This document shows, one piece after another, positions 1 through 7,544 of a DNA stretch of 32,000 bases. The notes under the pieces were generated by a model. That model was not told the DNA's origin, searched no databases, and saw only the letters and a program-made list of their open reading frames with translations. Location: contig JAFRKI010000009.1 in assembly GCA_017431825.1 (NCBI GenBank), forward strand, positions 69,198 to 101,197, in the 5' to 3' direction. Within the stretch, counting starts at the first letter, position 1, and each line of letters begins with the position of its first letter. A program made the position numbers and the translations under genes. Source of the stretch: Erysipelotrichaceae bacterium. Its GTDB lineage: Bacteria > Bacillota_I > Bacilli_A > Erysipelotrichales > Erysipelotrichaceae.

Positions 1-341
1 TTGGAATCGCCTGTATTCCGGTCGATCGCGGATACTATGAGGATGGCCGCATCCAGGATCCTGAGCGACCTGTTTCTTTCGTAGCGGAAATCGTTATGGC
101 CCGGCGTATCGATATAGATGTATTCTCTTCCCTTATACTCGAAACGGGCTTCCTTGTTGTAGATGGTGATGCCCTTGTCCTTTTCCAGCTTGTTGAAATC
201 GAGAAAGGCATCCTTATGATCGACTCTTCCCGCTTTTCTTATCGCATTCGTCTTATATAAAAGGCACTCAGCCAGAGTGGTCTTTCCGGCATCCACGTGG
301 GCTAAGGCACCGATGACTATCTTATCTGTGTTGGCAGCCAT
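1..341 (-). CDS. translation-factor GTPase family protein (EF-G / Tet(M)-like), N-terminal part only; the 3' end runs off the window
   Basis: Reverse-strand translation from the ATG at 341..339 reads MAANTDKIVIGALAHVDAGKTTLAECLLYK...YIDTPGHNDF. This carries the G1 (AHVDAGKTT) and G3 (DTPGH) motifs typical of EF-G/TetM-type GTPases. It is absent from the ORF track because the window edge truncates it. Confidence 0.75.
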   Translation of the reverse strand, partial: MAANTDKIVIGALAHVDAGKTTLAECLLYKTNAIRKAGRVDHKDAFLDFNKLEKDKGITIYNKEARFEYKGREYIYIDTPGHNDFRYERNRSLRILDAAILIVSAIDRNTGDS

Positions 342-396
342 GTTTATATTATAAAAGGTTTTCATTTATCATAAAATAAGGGTGGAGGAAAAACTC

Positions 397-1041
397 ATGG
401 ATAATAAGGAAATATTAAGTCACGTGGATCACACTTTATTAAAAGCAACTTCGACCTGGGAACAGATCAGAAAGATCTGTGAAGAGGCACAGCGTAATCA
501 TACAGCAGCCATCTGCATCCCCCCGGCATATGTGAAACAGGCCAGGGAAAACTTTCCGGAACTGAAGATAGCCACCGTCATCGGTTTCCCTCTAGGATAC
601 AATACGACAGCCGTCAAGGTCTTTGAGACAAAGGAAGCCATCAGGGAAGGAGCCGATGAAATAGACATGGTAATCAATATCGGCTGGGCCAAGGACGGTC
701 TGTTCGATAAGATCACAGACGAGATCAGACAGCTTAAGGAAGCCTGCGGCGATCTGATCCTGAAAGTCATCGTCGAGACCTGTTACCTTTCCGAAGAAGA
801 GAAGAAGGCGGTATGCCGGTGCGTTACCGATGCCGGAGCCGACTACATCAAGACTTCTACCGGCTTTGGAACTGCCGGAGCTACCATTGAAGATGTAAAG
901 CTCTTCAAGGAATACATCGGACCAAACGTCAGGATCAAGGCAGCCGGAGGCATCAGGACCAAGGAAGACATGGAAGCCTTCCTGGAAGAAGGTGTTGACC
1001 GTATTGGCTGCAGTGCTGCCGTAAGTGTACTGGGAGAATAG
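397..1041 (+). CDS. deoC: deoxyribose-phosphate aldolase
   Basis: The ORF track gives 382..1041. The sequence MDNKEILSHVDHTLLKATST...ADYIKTSTGF...IKAAGGIRT matches the DeoC class I aldolase pattern, including the Schiff-base Lys in IKTSTGF. I prefer the ATG at 397, which lies 8 nt after a GGTGGAGG Shine-Dalgarno, over the GTG at 382. Confidence 0.9.
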   Translation: MDNKEILSHVDHTLLKATSTWEQIRKICEEAQRNHTAAICIPPAYVKQARENFPELKIATVIGFPLGYNTTAVKVFETKEAIREGADEIDMVINIGWAKDGLFDKITDEIRQLKEACGDLILKVIVETCYLSEEEKKAVCRCVTDAGADYIKTSTGFGTAGATIEDVKLFKEYIGPNVRIKAAGGIRTKEDMEAFLEEGVDRIGCSAAVSVLGE

Positions 1042-1055
1042 AATAAACGGGCACA

Positions 1056-1083
1056 TTAACATAGATTATTAGCAGATTATAAG
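1056..1083 (+). promoter_or_regulatory. possible sigma-A-type promoter for the island operon
   Basis: TTAACA (1056-1061), a 16-nt spacer, then TATAAG (1078-1083), just upstream of the 1095 start. This is a weak pattern match in AT-rich DNA. Confidence 0.25.
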
Positions 1084-1094
1084 AAGTTTAGATT

Positions 1095-2708
1095 ATGAAA
1101 AGTATACCAATAGTAGTAGGCATAACTGGACATAGATTACTAAGAAAAAGCGATTATCCATTGCTTAAAGAAAGAGTAAGAACTGAATTGTCTCAAATAA
1201 AGGGATTATGTCCCAATTCTTCTTTAGTATTATTAGATTCAATAGCGTCTGGAGTGGATTCTCTTTGTGCTGAAGTTGCTTTAGAACTTGGTTATGAATT
1301 AGTTGTACCGTTGCCATTTGAACAAGATGAATATACTAAAGACTTTGAGGGAGAGGATTTAATAGTCTTTAAAGAGTTAATAAATAAAGCAAGCAAGAAA
1401 TTTGAACTTACCTCTTTAAGCGAAAATAATAGAGATCATGGTTATTTAGAAGCTGGTCTTTACATAGTAAAACATTCACATATTCTTATTGCATTATGGG
1501 ATGGCGGAGAACCAAAGCCTAATGGATGTGCAACTGCCGAAGTTGTTGACTTTGCTATGAGGGGAACAGATGAATCGAAAATAGTGCCGACTCCTATTAC
1601 GACCATAATTCACATTTATGCACCGAGAGCATCTGCGAAGGAAATAAAGAACGTTGGTGAAACTACAATTTATGAGAATAAGCAGAGTTCGATGTTCGAA
1701 TGCCTGTTTATGACTGATGAATTTAATAAAGAAAGCATTAATAGTGATTATGATAATTCTCTTGTTGACGAAGATACTCTAAAAGGACTGGATGTTCAGT
1801 TGAGTTATTACAACGACTTATATAAAAAAGCAGACAGCTTATCATCTTTTTATCAGAAAAAATATCTGAGTTCTTTAAAGCTGATATCCTTACTTAGTTC
1901 TTTCCTGGCGCTTAGCTATCTTCTTTATGATGAAATGGAGCTAAAGATCATGTCTTTGGTACTGATCTGTTTGATCATCACAGTAGCTGTTTATTTGCCA
2001 ACAAGGCCGAAGAAAGGAAAGTGGCACGAGAAGTACCTATCATATAGAATGTTAGCTGAAAGTCTGAGGATTCAGTTTTTTACATTTGCATGTGATGTAA
2101 AAAGAAATGTAGCAGATTTGTTTTCTTGGTCTACCAGAGAAGGAAACAACTGGACCTATAAAGCACTTAAGGTCATAGAACCAGTTGAGATCAATAATCT
2201 GTTTAAAGACCGAAGAGTATTAGAAACATGGATAAACGAACAACTCGATTATCATAAAAAAGCATATAAGAAGAACGATGAAAGTTTAAAAAGAAACAAT
2301 ACATATTCAGATATTTTGCTGTTAATGACTGTTTCATTATATTTAATCGTTGTTATGTTGGAACTTATGTTTCCTGTTTTCATGAACAAGATATTGTTGA
2401 CTCTAAACAATGAATTTCTGTTTATAAATAAGGGAACTGAACTTGATGTTAGGGGAATGTTTAAAATACTGACCGGTATCGTGGCAGCATCAGCTTTATT
2501 GTTGGCAAATTATTATGGTAAACTATCTTTAGATAATAAAGAAGATGATCACAAAAGATACACATCATTATATGTGGAGGCAAACAAAGTTTTAAGCAAT
2601 CCTACAGATGAACTTATTTGGGAATTAGCCAGAGAAGAGTTATTAATCAACAGCGCCTGGCTAACATATTCAAAGGAGAACGATTCAAACTTCTTAGATA
2701 TATTTTAG
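1095..2708 (+). CDS. SLOG-like nucleotide-sensor domain fused to two SLATT-like 2TM modules (4 TM helices); predicted membrane effector
   Basis: Residues 1-160 read IVVGITGHR...SGVDSLCAEVALELG...ILIALWDGGEPKPNGCATAEVVDFA, a Rossmann-like SLOG (LOG/DprA/YpsA-type) glycine-rich signature. TM pairs lie at about aa 259-301 and 404-473. The first pair is followed by WHEKYLSYRMLAESLRIQFF and the second is preceded by QLDYHKKAYKKNDESLKR, which are SLATT-type flanking helices. Confidence 0.55.
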   Translation: MKSIPIVVGITGHRLLRKSDYPLLKERVRTELSQIKGLCPNSSLVLLDSIASGVDSLCAEVALELGYELVVPLPFEQDEYTKDFEGEDLIVFKELINKASKKFELTSLSENNRDHGYLEAGLYIVKHSHILIALWDGGEPKPNGCATAEVVDFAMRGTDESKIVPTPITTIIHIYAPRASAKEIKNVGETTIYENKQSSMFECLFMTDEFNKESINSDYDNSLVDEDTLKGLDVQLSYYNDLYKKADSLSSFYQKKYLSSLKLISLLSSFLALSYLLYDEMELKIMSLVLICLIITVAVYLPTRPKKGKWHEKYLSYRMLAESLRIQFFTFACDVKRNVADLFSWSTREGNNWTYKALKVIEPVEINNLFKDRRVLETWINEQLDYHKKAYKKNDESLKRNNTYSDILLLMTVSLYLIVVMLELMFPVFMNKILLTLNNEFLFINKGTELDVRGMFKILTGIVAASALLLANYYGKLSLDNKEDDHKRYTSLYVEANKVLSNPTDELIWELAREELLINSAWLTYSKENDSNFLDIF

Positions 2709-2716
2709 GAATTACA

Positions 2717-4132
2717 ATGAACCACGAAGTTTTTATAAGTTATTCCAATAAGGATAAGAACGTAGCAGATGCGATAGTTAACCGCTTTGAATCCAGCGGT
2801 TTAAAGTGTTGGTATGCTCCAAGAGATATCAATCCTGGAAGCGAATGGGCGGAATCGATCGTTGAAGCCATTAAAGCTTCGAAAAAGATGATCCTTATCT
2901 TTACTGATTATTCCAACGCTTCAAAGCAGGTAGTCAGAGAAGTAGAGACAGCGATCAACAGCGGAGTGGTCGTTATTCCTTTTAAACTGACAGCCAGTAA
3001 TCCGTCAGGATCCATGGAGTATTACCTTTCGACTCTGCACTGGCTTGATGCCATGGATAAACCTTTAGACAACGCCATCAATGATCTGAAGGAAATGGTC
3101 ATAAATATTGATGCTTCAAAAAGCTATGTGCAGAAAAAGAAAAGAAATTTGAAGACAATCATAATATCATCGATACTAGTTTTAGCCATGATAGTTTCCG
3201 GTATCTTCTTCATAATTACAAATAAGAACAAGAATAATGAAAGTGATGTTTTTATCCCTGTTGATTATAATGAAAAGAATATTAATAATTGTTTGAATAG
3301 CAACCTTGTCTACTATTATGATGATGAAAACCTTTATTATAATTATTTATTATGGTTAGATGACGAAGGAGAAACCATTCCATATCCTCTTATCTTTGTT
3401 ACAAGTGAAAGAGATTTTTTATGGAATATAGCTGATCCTAATAAACTTGTTTGTATTAAACAAACGTCAAACTTTGCTGCTACAAAAGATTTTATATTTG
3501 ATGCTCCTGATAGCGGAGGCATCATTAGACATGATGTTTTGTCTGGTGAAGAAATAACTATTTATACTAATAACTGTTCAAATCTTTTAATTAACGGGGA
3601 TTGGTTGTTGTTTATTGATCTTTCTAATAATCAATTAATGAGAATAAGCTTTGATGGGTCTATAGTTGAACAATTTGACGGAGTATATGCAAGAAGTTTC
3701 TTTGTACATGATAAGAGAATCTTTTTTATTTCCAATGACGGTACTTTATGTATTTATGATAGCGGAGATATAATAAATACAAATAATAACAATATTATAA
3801 ATATGTGTTATGGCGACAGCAATTTATATCTTTACTGTTCAGTGGGCAACGGGATATATAGTGTTCCAATCAAAAGAAGGGAAGCTTTGCCAGAATACAT
3901 AACATCCATTGAAGATGAATTGACCTTTGACTTTACATACTGGAACAACAAACTATATTATATTAACGAAGATAAAAAAATACATGAATTAGATTTAATA
4001 ACCAAGGCAGATCATACAATAAGTACCCAGTATGAATTTGCTGTAGATATTAGTATTGTTAACGGAAGTATTTATGTAATGACGGCAGATTCGGAGAACA
4101 ACGCATATATTGAAATAATTGAGTTACAATGA
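2717..4132 (+). CDS. TIR domain - single TM - beta-propeller-like (DUF5050/TolB-like) protein, paralog 1
   Basis: The start is taken at the ATG at 2717 (MNHEVFISYSNKDK...), after an AGGA at -11 and 8 nt past the upstream stop. The 2618 start in the ORF track would overlap the previous gene by 91 nt. The TIR_2-type motifs are FISYSNKD, CWYAPRDINPG, IFTDYSNASKQVVREVETAI (candidate catalytic Glu about E75) and HWLDA. A TM helix lies at about aa 147-168, preceded by KKKRNLK. The C-terminal roughly 290 aa carries about 6 repeats such as NGDWLLFIDLSNNQLMRISFDGS and WNNKLYYINEDKKIHELDL. Confidence 0.7.
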   Translation: MNHEVFISYSNKDKNVADAIVNRFESSGLKCWYAPRDINPGSEWAESIVEAIKASKKMILIFTDYSNASKQVVREVETAINSGVVVIPFKLTASNPSGSMEYYLSTLHWLDAMDKPLDNAINDLKEMVINIDASKSYVQKKKRNLKTIIISSILVLAMIVSGIFFIITNKNKNNESDVFIPVDYNEKNINNCLNSNLVYYYDDENLYYNYLLWLDDEGETIPYPLIFVTSERDFLWNIADPNKLVCIKQTSNFAATKDFIFDAPDSGGIIRHDVLSGEEITIYTNNCSNLLINGDWLLFIDLSNNQLMRISFDGSIVEQFDGVYARSFFVHDKRIFFISNDGTLCIYDSGDIINTNNNNIINMCYGDSNLYLYCSVGNGIYSVPIKRREALPEYITSIEDELTFDFTYWNNKLYYINEDKKIHELDLITKADHTISTQYEFAVDISIVNGSIYVMTADSENNAYIEIIELQ

Positions 4133-5553
4133 ACCACGAAGTATTTATAAGTTATTCAAACAAGGACAAAAATGTGGCAGATGCGATAGTAAATCGCTTT
4201 GAATCCGGTGGTTTAAAGTGTTGGTATGCGCCTAGAGACATTAATCCTGGAAACGAATGGGCTGAATCTATTGTCAAGGCCATTAAAGCTTCAAAGACCA
4301 TGGTCCTTATTTTTACTGATTATTCTAATGCTTCAAAACAGGTAATTAGAGAAGTTGAAACTGCTATCAATAATGGAGTTGCCATTATTCCTTTCAAACT
4401 GACCGCCAGTAAGCCGTCAGGATCCATGGAATACTACCTTTCGACTTTACATTGGCTAGATGCCATGAACACCCCTCTAGACAATGCTATAAATGATTTG
4501 AAAGAAATGGCTCAAAATTTGAATAATTCAAAAAGTTTTGTTCAGAAAAAGAAGAAGAACAAAAAGACAATTATTATCACGTCAATACTGATTGTAGCTT
4601 TGATAGTTATCGGAATCTTCTTCATAATTTCAAATAAGAACAACAATAAAGAAAGCGATGTATTTATCCCTGTTGATTACTGTGAAAAGAATATAAACTA
4701 TTGTTTAAGTAAAAATGTTGTCTATTATTATGACAATGAAAACTTCTATTTATGCTATTTATATAATGGTGAAGACGGTATTTCATATCCATTACCTACC
4801 TCTATGGTTTTGGATATGAAAGAGAGTGATTTTTCTAAGGACGCAAATTTTGCAAATTATTTCGTTGCTCTTAATCCTTTCTTTAGTTGTGCGGCAACAA
4901 AAGATTACATTTTTATAGCTAACTCCAAAGGAGTTATTAGATATGAAGTATCTTCTGAAGAAGAAATAACCGTATATAATAAAGACGCTGAGAATTTATG
5001 TATTAATGGAGATTGGCTATTATTCATAGATTCAGATACAAAACAATTAATGAGAGTAAATTTCGATGGTTCGAAAATTGAAACTTTTAATGATGTTTAT
5101 GCAACGAGTTTCTTTATCCATGATAATAGAATTTATTTTATTTCCAATGATGAGGAATTATGCATATATGATAAAGGAGTAATAACAAAAGCCGACATAC
5201 AAGGCGGTTTCAGCCAAATGTGTTTTGACAATGATAATAGTATTTATGTATTTAATGGTTATAATAGGGCTTTTTACAGAATAGATCTAGATGGTAGCTT
5301 TAATCCTGAATTAGTCTATGTGTCCGAGAATACAATAGTTCCGTGGAATCTGTCCTTTTGGAATGGGAATCTTTATTATTCAGACATAGATTATAGAATC
5401 TGTGAACTCGACTTAGAAACTCAGCGGATAAATGATGTTCCAACAGAGCATAAGTATACAGTTATATTTAATATTATTGATGGACATATTTATGCCTTTA
5501 CCATGGATGAAATTTCAAAATATGAATATACAGAAATAATTGAATTACAGTAA
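4129..5553 (+). CDS. TIR domain - single TM - beta-propeller-like protein, paralog 2
   Basis: The architecture matches 2717..4132. Its ATG overlaps the upstream stop (ATGA at 4129-4132). By hand count the TIR part is about 90% identical to paralog 1 (12 differences in the first 125 aa). The C-terminal repeat domain is much more diverged, but both end in EIIELQ. Confidence 0.7.
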   Translation: MNHEVFISYSNKDKNVADAIVNRFESGGLKCWYAPRDINPGNEWAESIVKAIKASKTMVLIFTDYSNASKQVIREVETAINNGVAIIPFKLTASKPSGSMEYYLSTLHWLDAMNTPLDNAINDLKEMAQNLNNSKSFVQKKKKNKKTIIITSILIVALIVIGIFFIISNKNNNKESDVFIPVDYCEKNINYCLSKNVVYYYDNENFYLCYLYNGEDGISYPLPTSMVLDMKESDFSKDANFANYFVALNPFFSCAATKDYIFIANSKGVIRYEVSSEEEITVYNKDAENLCINGDWLLFIDSDTKQLMRVNFDGSKIETFNDVYATSFFIHDNRIYFISNDEELCIYDKGVITKADIQGGFSQMCFDNDNSIYVFNGYNRAFYRIDLDGSFNPELVYVSENTIVPWNLSFWNGNLYYSDIDYRICELDLETQRINDVPTEHKYTVIFNIIDGHIYAFTMDEISKYEYTEIIELQ

Positions 5554-5623
5554 ACTGTGTTTTAATAATTTTTATTTGTGAAAGTACTTATGTTTGATTG
5601 TTAATGAGAATAGGAAAGAGATT

Positions 5624-6349
5624 ATGACTACTATTATTGTTTTTTTAGCAGTATTGCCATCACTTGTATTGTTATTCTACATTTATAAAAGAGACTCAAT
5701 TAACAAGGAACCGAAGAGTCTTTTATTAAAATTGTTTGTCCTTGGTTGCTTATCGGTTATTCCTATAATAATAGCTGAATTTTTTGTTGTGGATTTAATG
5801 GATATTTATATTTTCGATAATACTTTATATAATCTTGTGGATGCTTTCGTTTGTGCTGCTTTGGTTGAAGAATCGATTAAATTCATCGTTACAAAATTGA
5901 CTATTTGGAAAAACAAAGCTTTTGATTCAACATTTGATGGAATGGTCTACTGTGCTTTTGTATCAATGGGCTTTGCCACGGTAGAAAACATAATATACTG
6001 CCTTTTCTTTGGCCTACCTACAGTTTTTTCTCGAATGTTTACTTCTATACCCGGCCATTTTTCTTTTGCTATTGTGATGGGCTTTTTCATATCAAAAGCC
6101 AAATATGAAGAGACCAAAGGCAAAAAACAAGAAATAAACACTAACAAAAGTAGAAAACTTCTAGCGTGTTCATTAATTATCCCTGTTATTCAACATGGAT
6201 TCTATGATTTTTGTTTGGTTCAAGATAGCAGAGTCCTGTTTTTTGTATTTATCCTAGTAGTTGTTTTCTCGTATTTAATAATTCTCATTATTGTGCATAG
6301 AGAACATAAAAGGGACACTTTGTTTTATGAAGACGATAGATTATTGTAA
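5624..6349 (+). CDS. PrsW-family intramembrane metalloprotease
   Basis: This is a polytopic membrane protein. Its N-terminus LPSLVLLFYIYKRDSINKEPKSLL, the motif VEESIKF (EExxK) and the motif QHGFYDF (HxxxD) are the PrsW signature motifs. I prefer the ATG at 5624, after AGGAAAGAG, over the TTG at 5594. Confidence 0.65.
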   Translation: MTTIIVFLAVLPSLVLLFYIYKRDSINKEPKSLLLKLFVLGCLSVIPIIIAEFFVVDLMDIYIFDNTLYNLVDAFVCAALVEESIKFIVTKLTIWKNKAFDSTFDGMVYCAFVSMGFATVENIIYCLFFGLPTVFSRMFTSIPGHFSFAIVMGFFISKAKYEETKGKKQEINTNKSRKLLACSLIIPVIQHGFYDFCLVQDSRVLFFVFILVVVFSYLIILIIVHREHKRDTLFYEDDRLL

Positions 6350-6845
6350 AAAGATTTTTTATGAAGCAAGTTGTTTTTATGAAGAGTCAAGTTCTACTTT
6401 TGAAAAGGTTTTAAAGTGTTCTCTATATTATGACGAAAATAACCAACCAGTTTTAGAACGTGATGCATTTTATTATTTCACATTTGTAATTGTTAATGGT
6501 GTTTTTGCTTGCGAATTATTTCTAAAGTCATTGATTTGTTACAAAACAAATAACGAGATTCAGGCAAATAGAACTCATTCATTAAAGAAACTAATCAATC
6601 TGTTAAGCAAAGATGATAGGGAAATAATAATGGAGACATTTGACAAGAACGAAATAGATGAAAGCAGTTTTAATTCCAAAATTGATGAAATTGATACAGC
6701 TTTCGTTGATTGGAGATATGTTTTTGAGGAAGGAAAGCACAGGTCGGTTGATTTAGTATTCTTGGATCATTTGCTTGGAATCTTAAGGTACATTGCCACT
6801 GAGGCATTTGAAAATGATAATAAAAAGCATTCAGATCCGGTCTGA
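6327..6845 (+). CDS. hypothetical all-alpha protein, tentatively HEPN-like
   Basis: The start is taken at the ATG at 6327 (MKTIDYCKK), overlapping the prsW-like stop by 23 nt. The motifs ACELFLKSLI ... NRTHSLKKLINLL ... FVDWRYVFE resemble HEPN-type helices. A canonical Rx4-6H spacing is not evident. Confidence 0.3.
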   Translation: MKTIDYCKKIFYEASCFYEESSSTFEKVLKCSLYYDENNQPVLERDAFYYFTFVIVNGVFACELFLKSLICYKTNNEIQANRTHSLKKLINLLSKDDREIIMETFDKNEIDESSFNSKIDEIDTAFVDWRYVFEEGKHRSVDLVFLDHLLGILRYIATEAFENDNKKHSDPV

Positions 6846-6850
6846 ATGCT
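6828..6850. terminator. hairpin between convergent genes (bidirectional terminator candidate)
   Basis: GCATTCAGA-tccgg-TCTGAATGC forms a perfect 9-bp stem spanning the TGA stop at 6843-6845, followed by TTTAAAT. Confidence 0.5.
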
Positions 6851-6861
6851 TTAAATACAGT

Positions 6862-7167
6862 TTAATCGTTTCTGTCGGTCTGTTTATAATCCAACGGCAC
6901 GATGGCCAGCGTTTTTCCTAATGCGAGTAGCACTTTCAATACCGTGTCGATCCTTGGAGAAGTATGGCCTTTTTCCATTCTGGCAATTACCGGCTGGCTT
7001 ACTCCGCATAATTCCTCGAGTTCTTTCTGACTGATCTTTTTTTCGTTACGGGCTTTGATCAGTTCACACATTAAAGCAACTCTCAGATCGCTTTCGGCAA
7101 TTTCTTCAGGCGTGAATATCTCTTTTTCTACTTCTTCCCAGCTTTGACCTATAGGGCTGTTTTTCAT
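6862..7167 (-). CDS. XRE-family helix-turn-helix antitoxin (HigA-like)
   Basis: KKISQKELEELCGVSQPVIARMEKGHTSPRIDTVLKVL is a classic XRE HTH. The gene overlaps the upstream toxin gene by 4 nt. Confidence 0.8.
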   Translation of the reverse strand: MKNSPIGQSWEEVEKEIFTPEEIAESDLRVALMCELIKARNEKKISQKELEELCGVSQPVIARMEKGHTSPRIDTVLKVLLALGKTLAIVPLDYKQTDRND

Positions 7168-7508
7168 TCTCCGTCACCTCTTTCTTTTATCTCTTTCAGT
7201 TCTTTCTTCGCACGTAAGATCTCTCTTCGCGGTGTCTTTTGAGTATTTTTTATAAAATGATGCAACAGGTAGTAGCTTTCTTCACTTCCGGCAACGAATA
7301 GTATCCTGTCTCTTAATGGCCTCAGTTCCCATATTTCATCCTGAAGATGCCTGACAAACGGCATATCTGCCTTGGTTCCTTGCATCTCAAGGATCTTGAT
7401 GTATTCCCGGATCTTTTCAAGTTTTATGCGGGCATCTTTTCCATTCTGGTCAGCCAGTTCCTTAAGATATTCCCTGAACGGCTGTTTTCCGTTTCTGTCT
7501 CTATACAG
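7164..7508 (-). CDS. Gp49/HigB-like (RelE/ParE superfamily) toxin; the start codon is unclear
   Basis: The ORF track starts at the ATG at 7385. The same frame stays open up to a TAA at 7541..7539. That upstream stretch encodes LYRDRNGKQPFREYLKELADQNGKDARIKLEKIREYIKILE, the usual N-terminal half of Gp49-like toxins. An AAAGGAGAAG Shine-Dalgarno lies at 7519..7510. The only start-like codon after it is the CTG at 7508..7506. Confidence 0.55.
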   Translation of the reverse strand: MYRDRNGKQPFREYLKELADQNGKDARIKLEKIREYIKILEMQGTKADMPFVRHLQDEIWELRPLRDRILFVAGSEESYYLLHHFIKNTQKTPRREILRAKKELKEIKERGDGE

Positions 7509-7524
7509 TCTTCTCCTTTCAATG

Positions 7525-7544
7525 TAATAACTTATAAGTTATTA
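7525..7544. promoter_or_regulatory. 20-bp perfect palindrome, candidate TA operator
   Basis: TAATAACTTA|TAAGTTATTA lies immediately upstream of the toxin gene. The half-site TAAGTTATT recurs at 7560-7568. GTTATTGAA is directly repeated at 7564-7572 and 7599-7607. Confidence 0.5.

Larger units (their letters stand above)
2717..5553 (+). repeat. tandem gene duplication (two about 1.42 kb units)
   Basis: Both units begin TTACAATGAACCACGAAGT. The first roughly 400 nt are visibly near-identical at the nucleotide level, and the remainder has diverged. Confidence 0.8.

Noticed and set aside
382-396. GTG start for deoC
   Set aside because: The GGTGGAGG Shine-Dalgarno overlaps this GTG and is correctly spaced for the ATG at 397.
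2618-2716. N-terminal extension of the first TIR gene as given in the ORF track (MGISQRRVINQQ...)
   Set aside because: It overlaps the 3' end of the SLOG-SLATT gene by 91 nt in another frame. The paralog at 4129 starts at the equivalent MNHEVFISY with an identical start context, so the ATG at 2717 is the real start.
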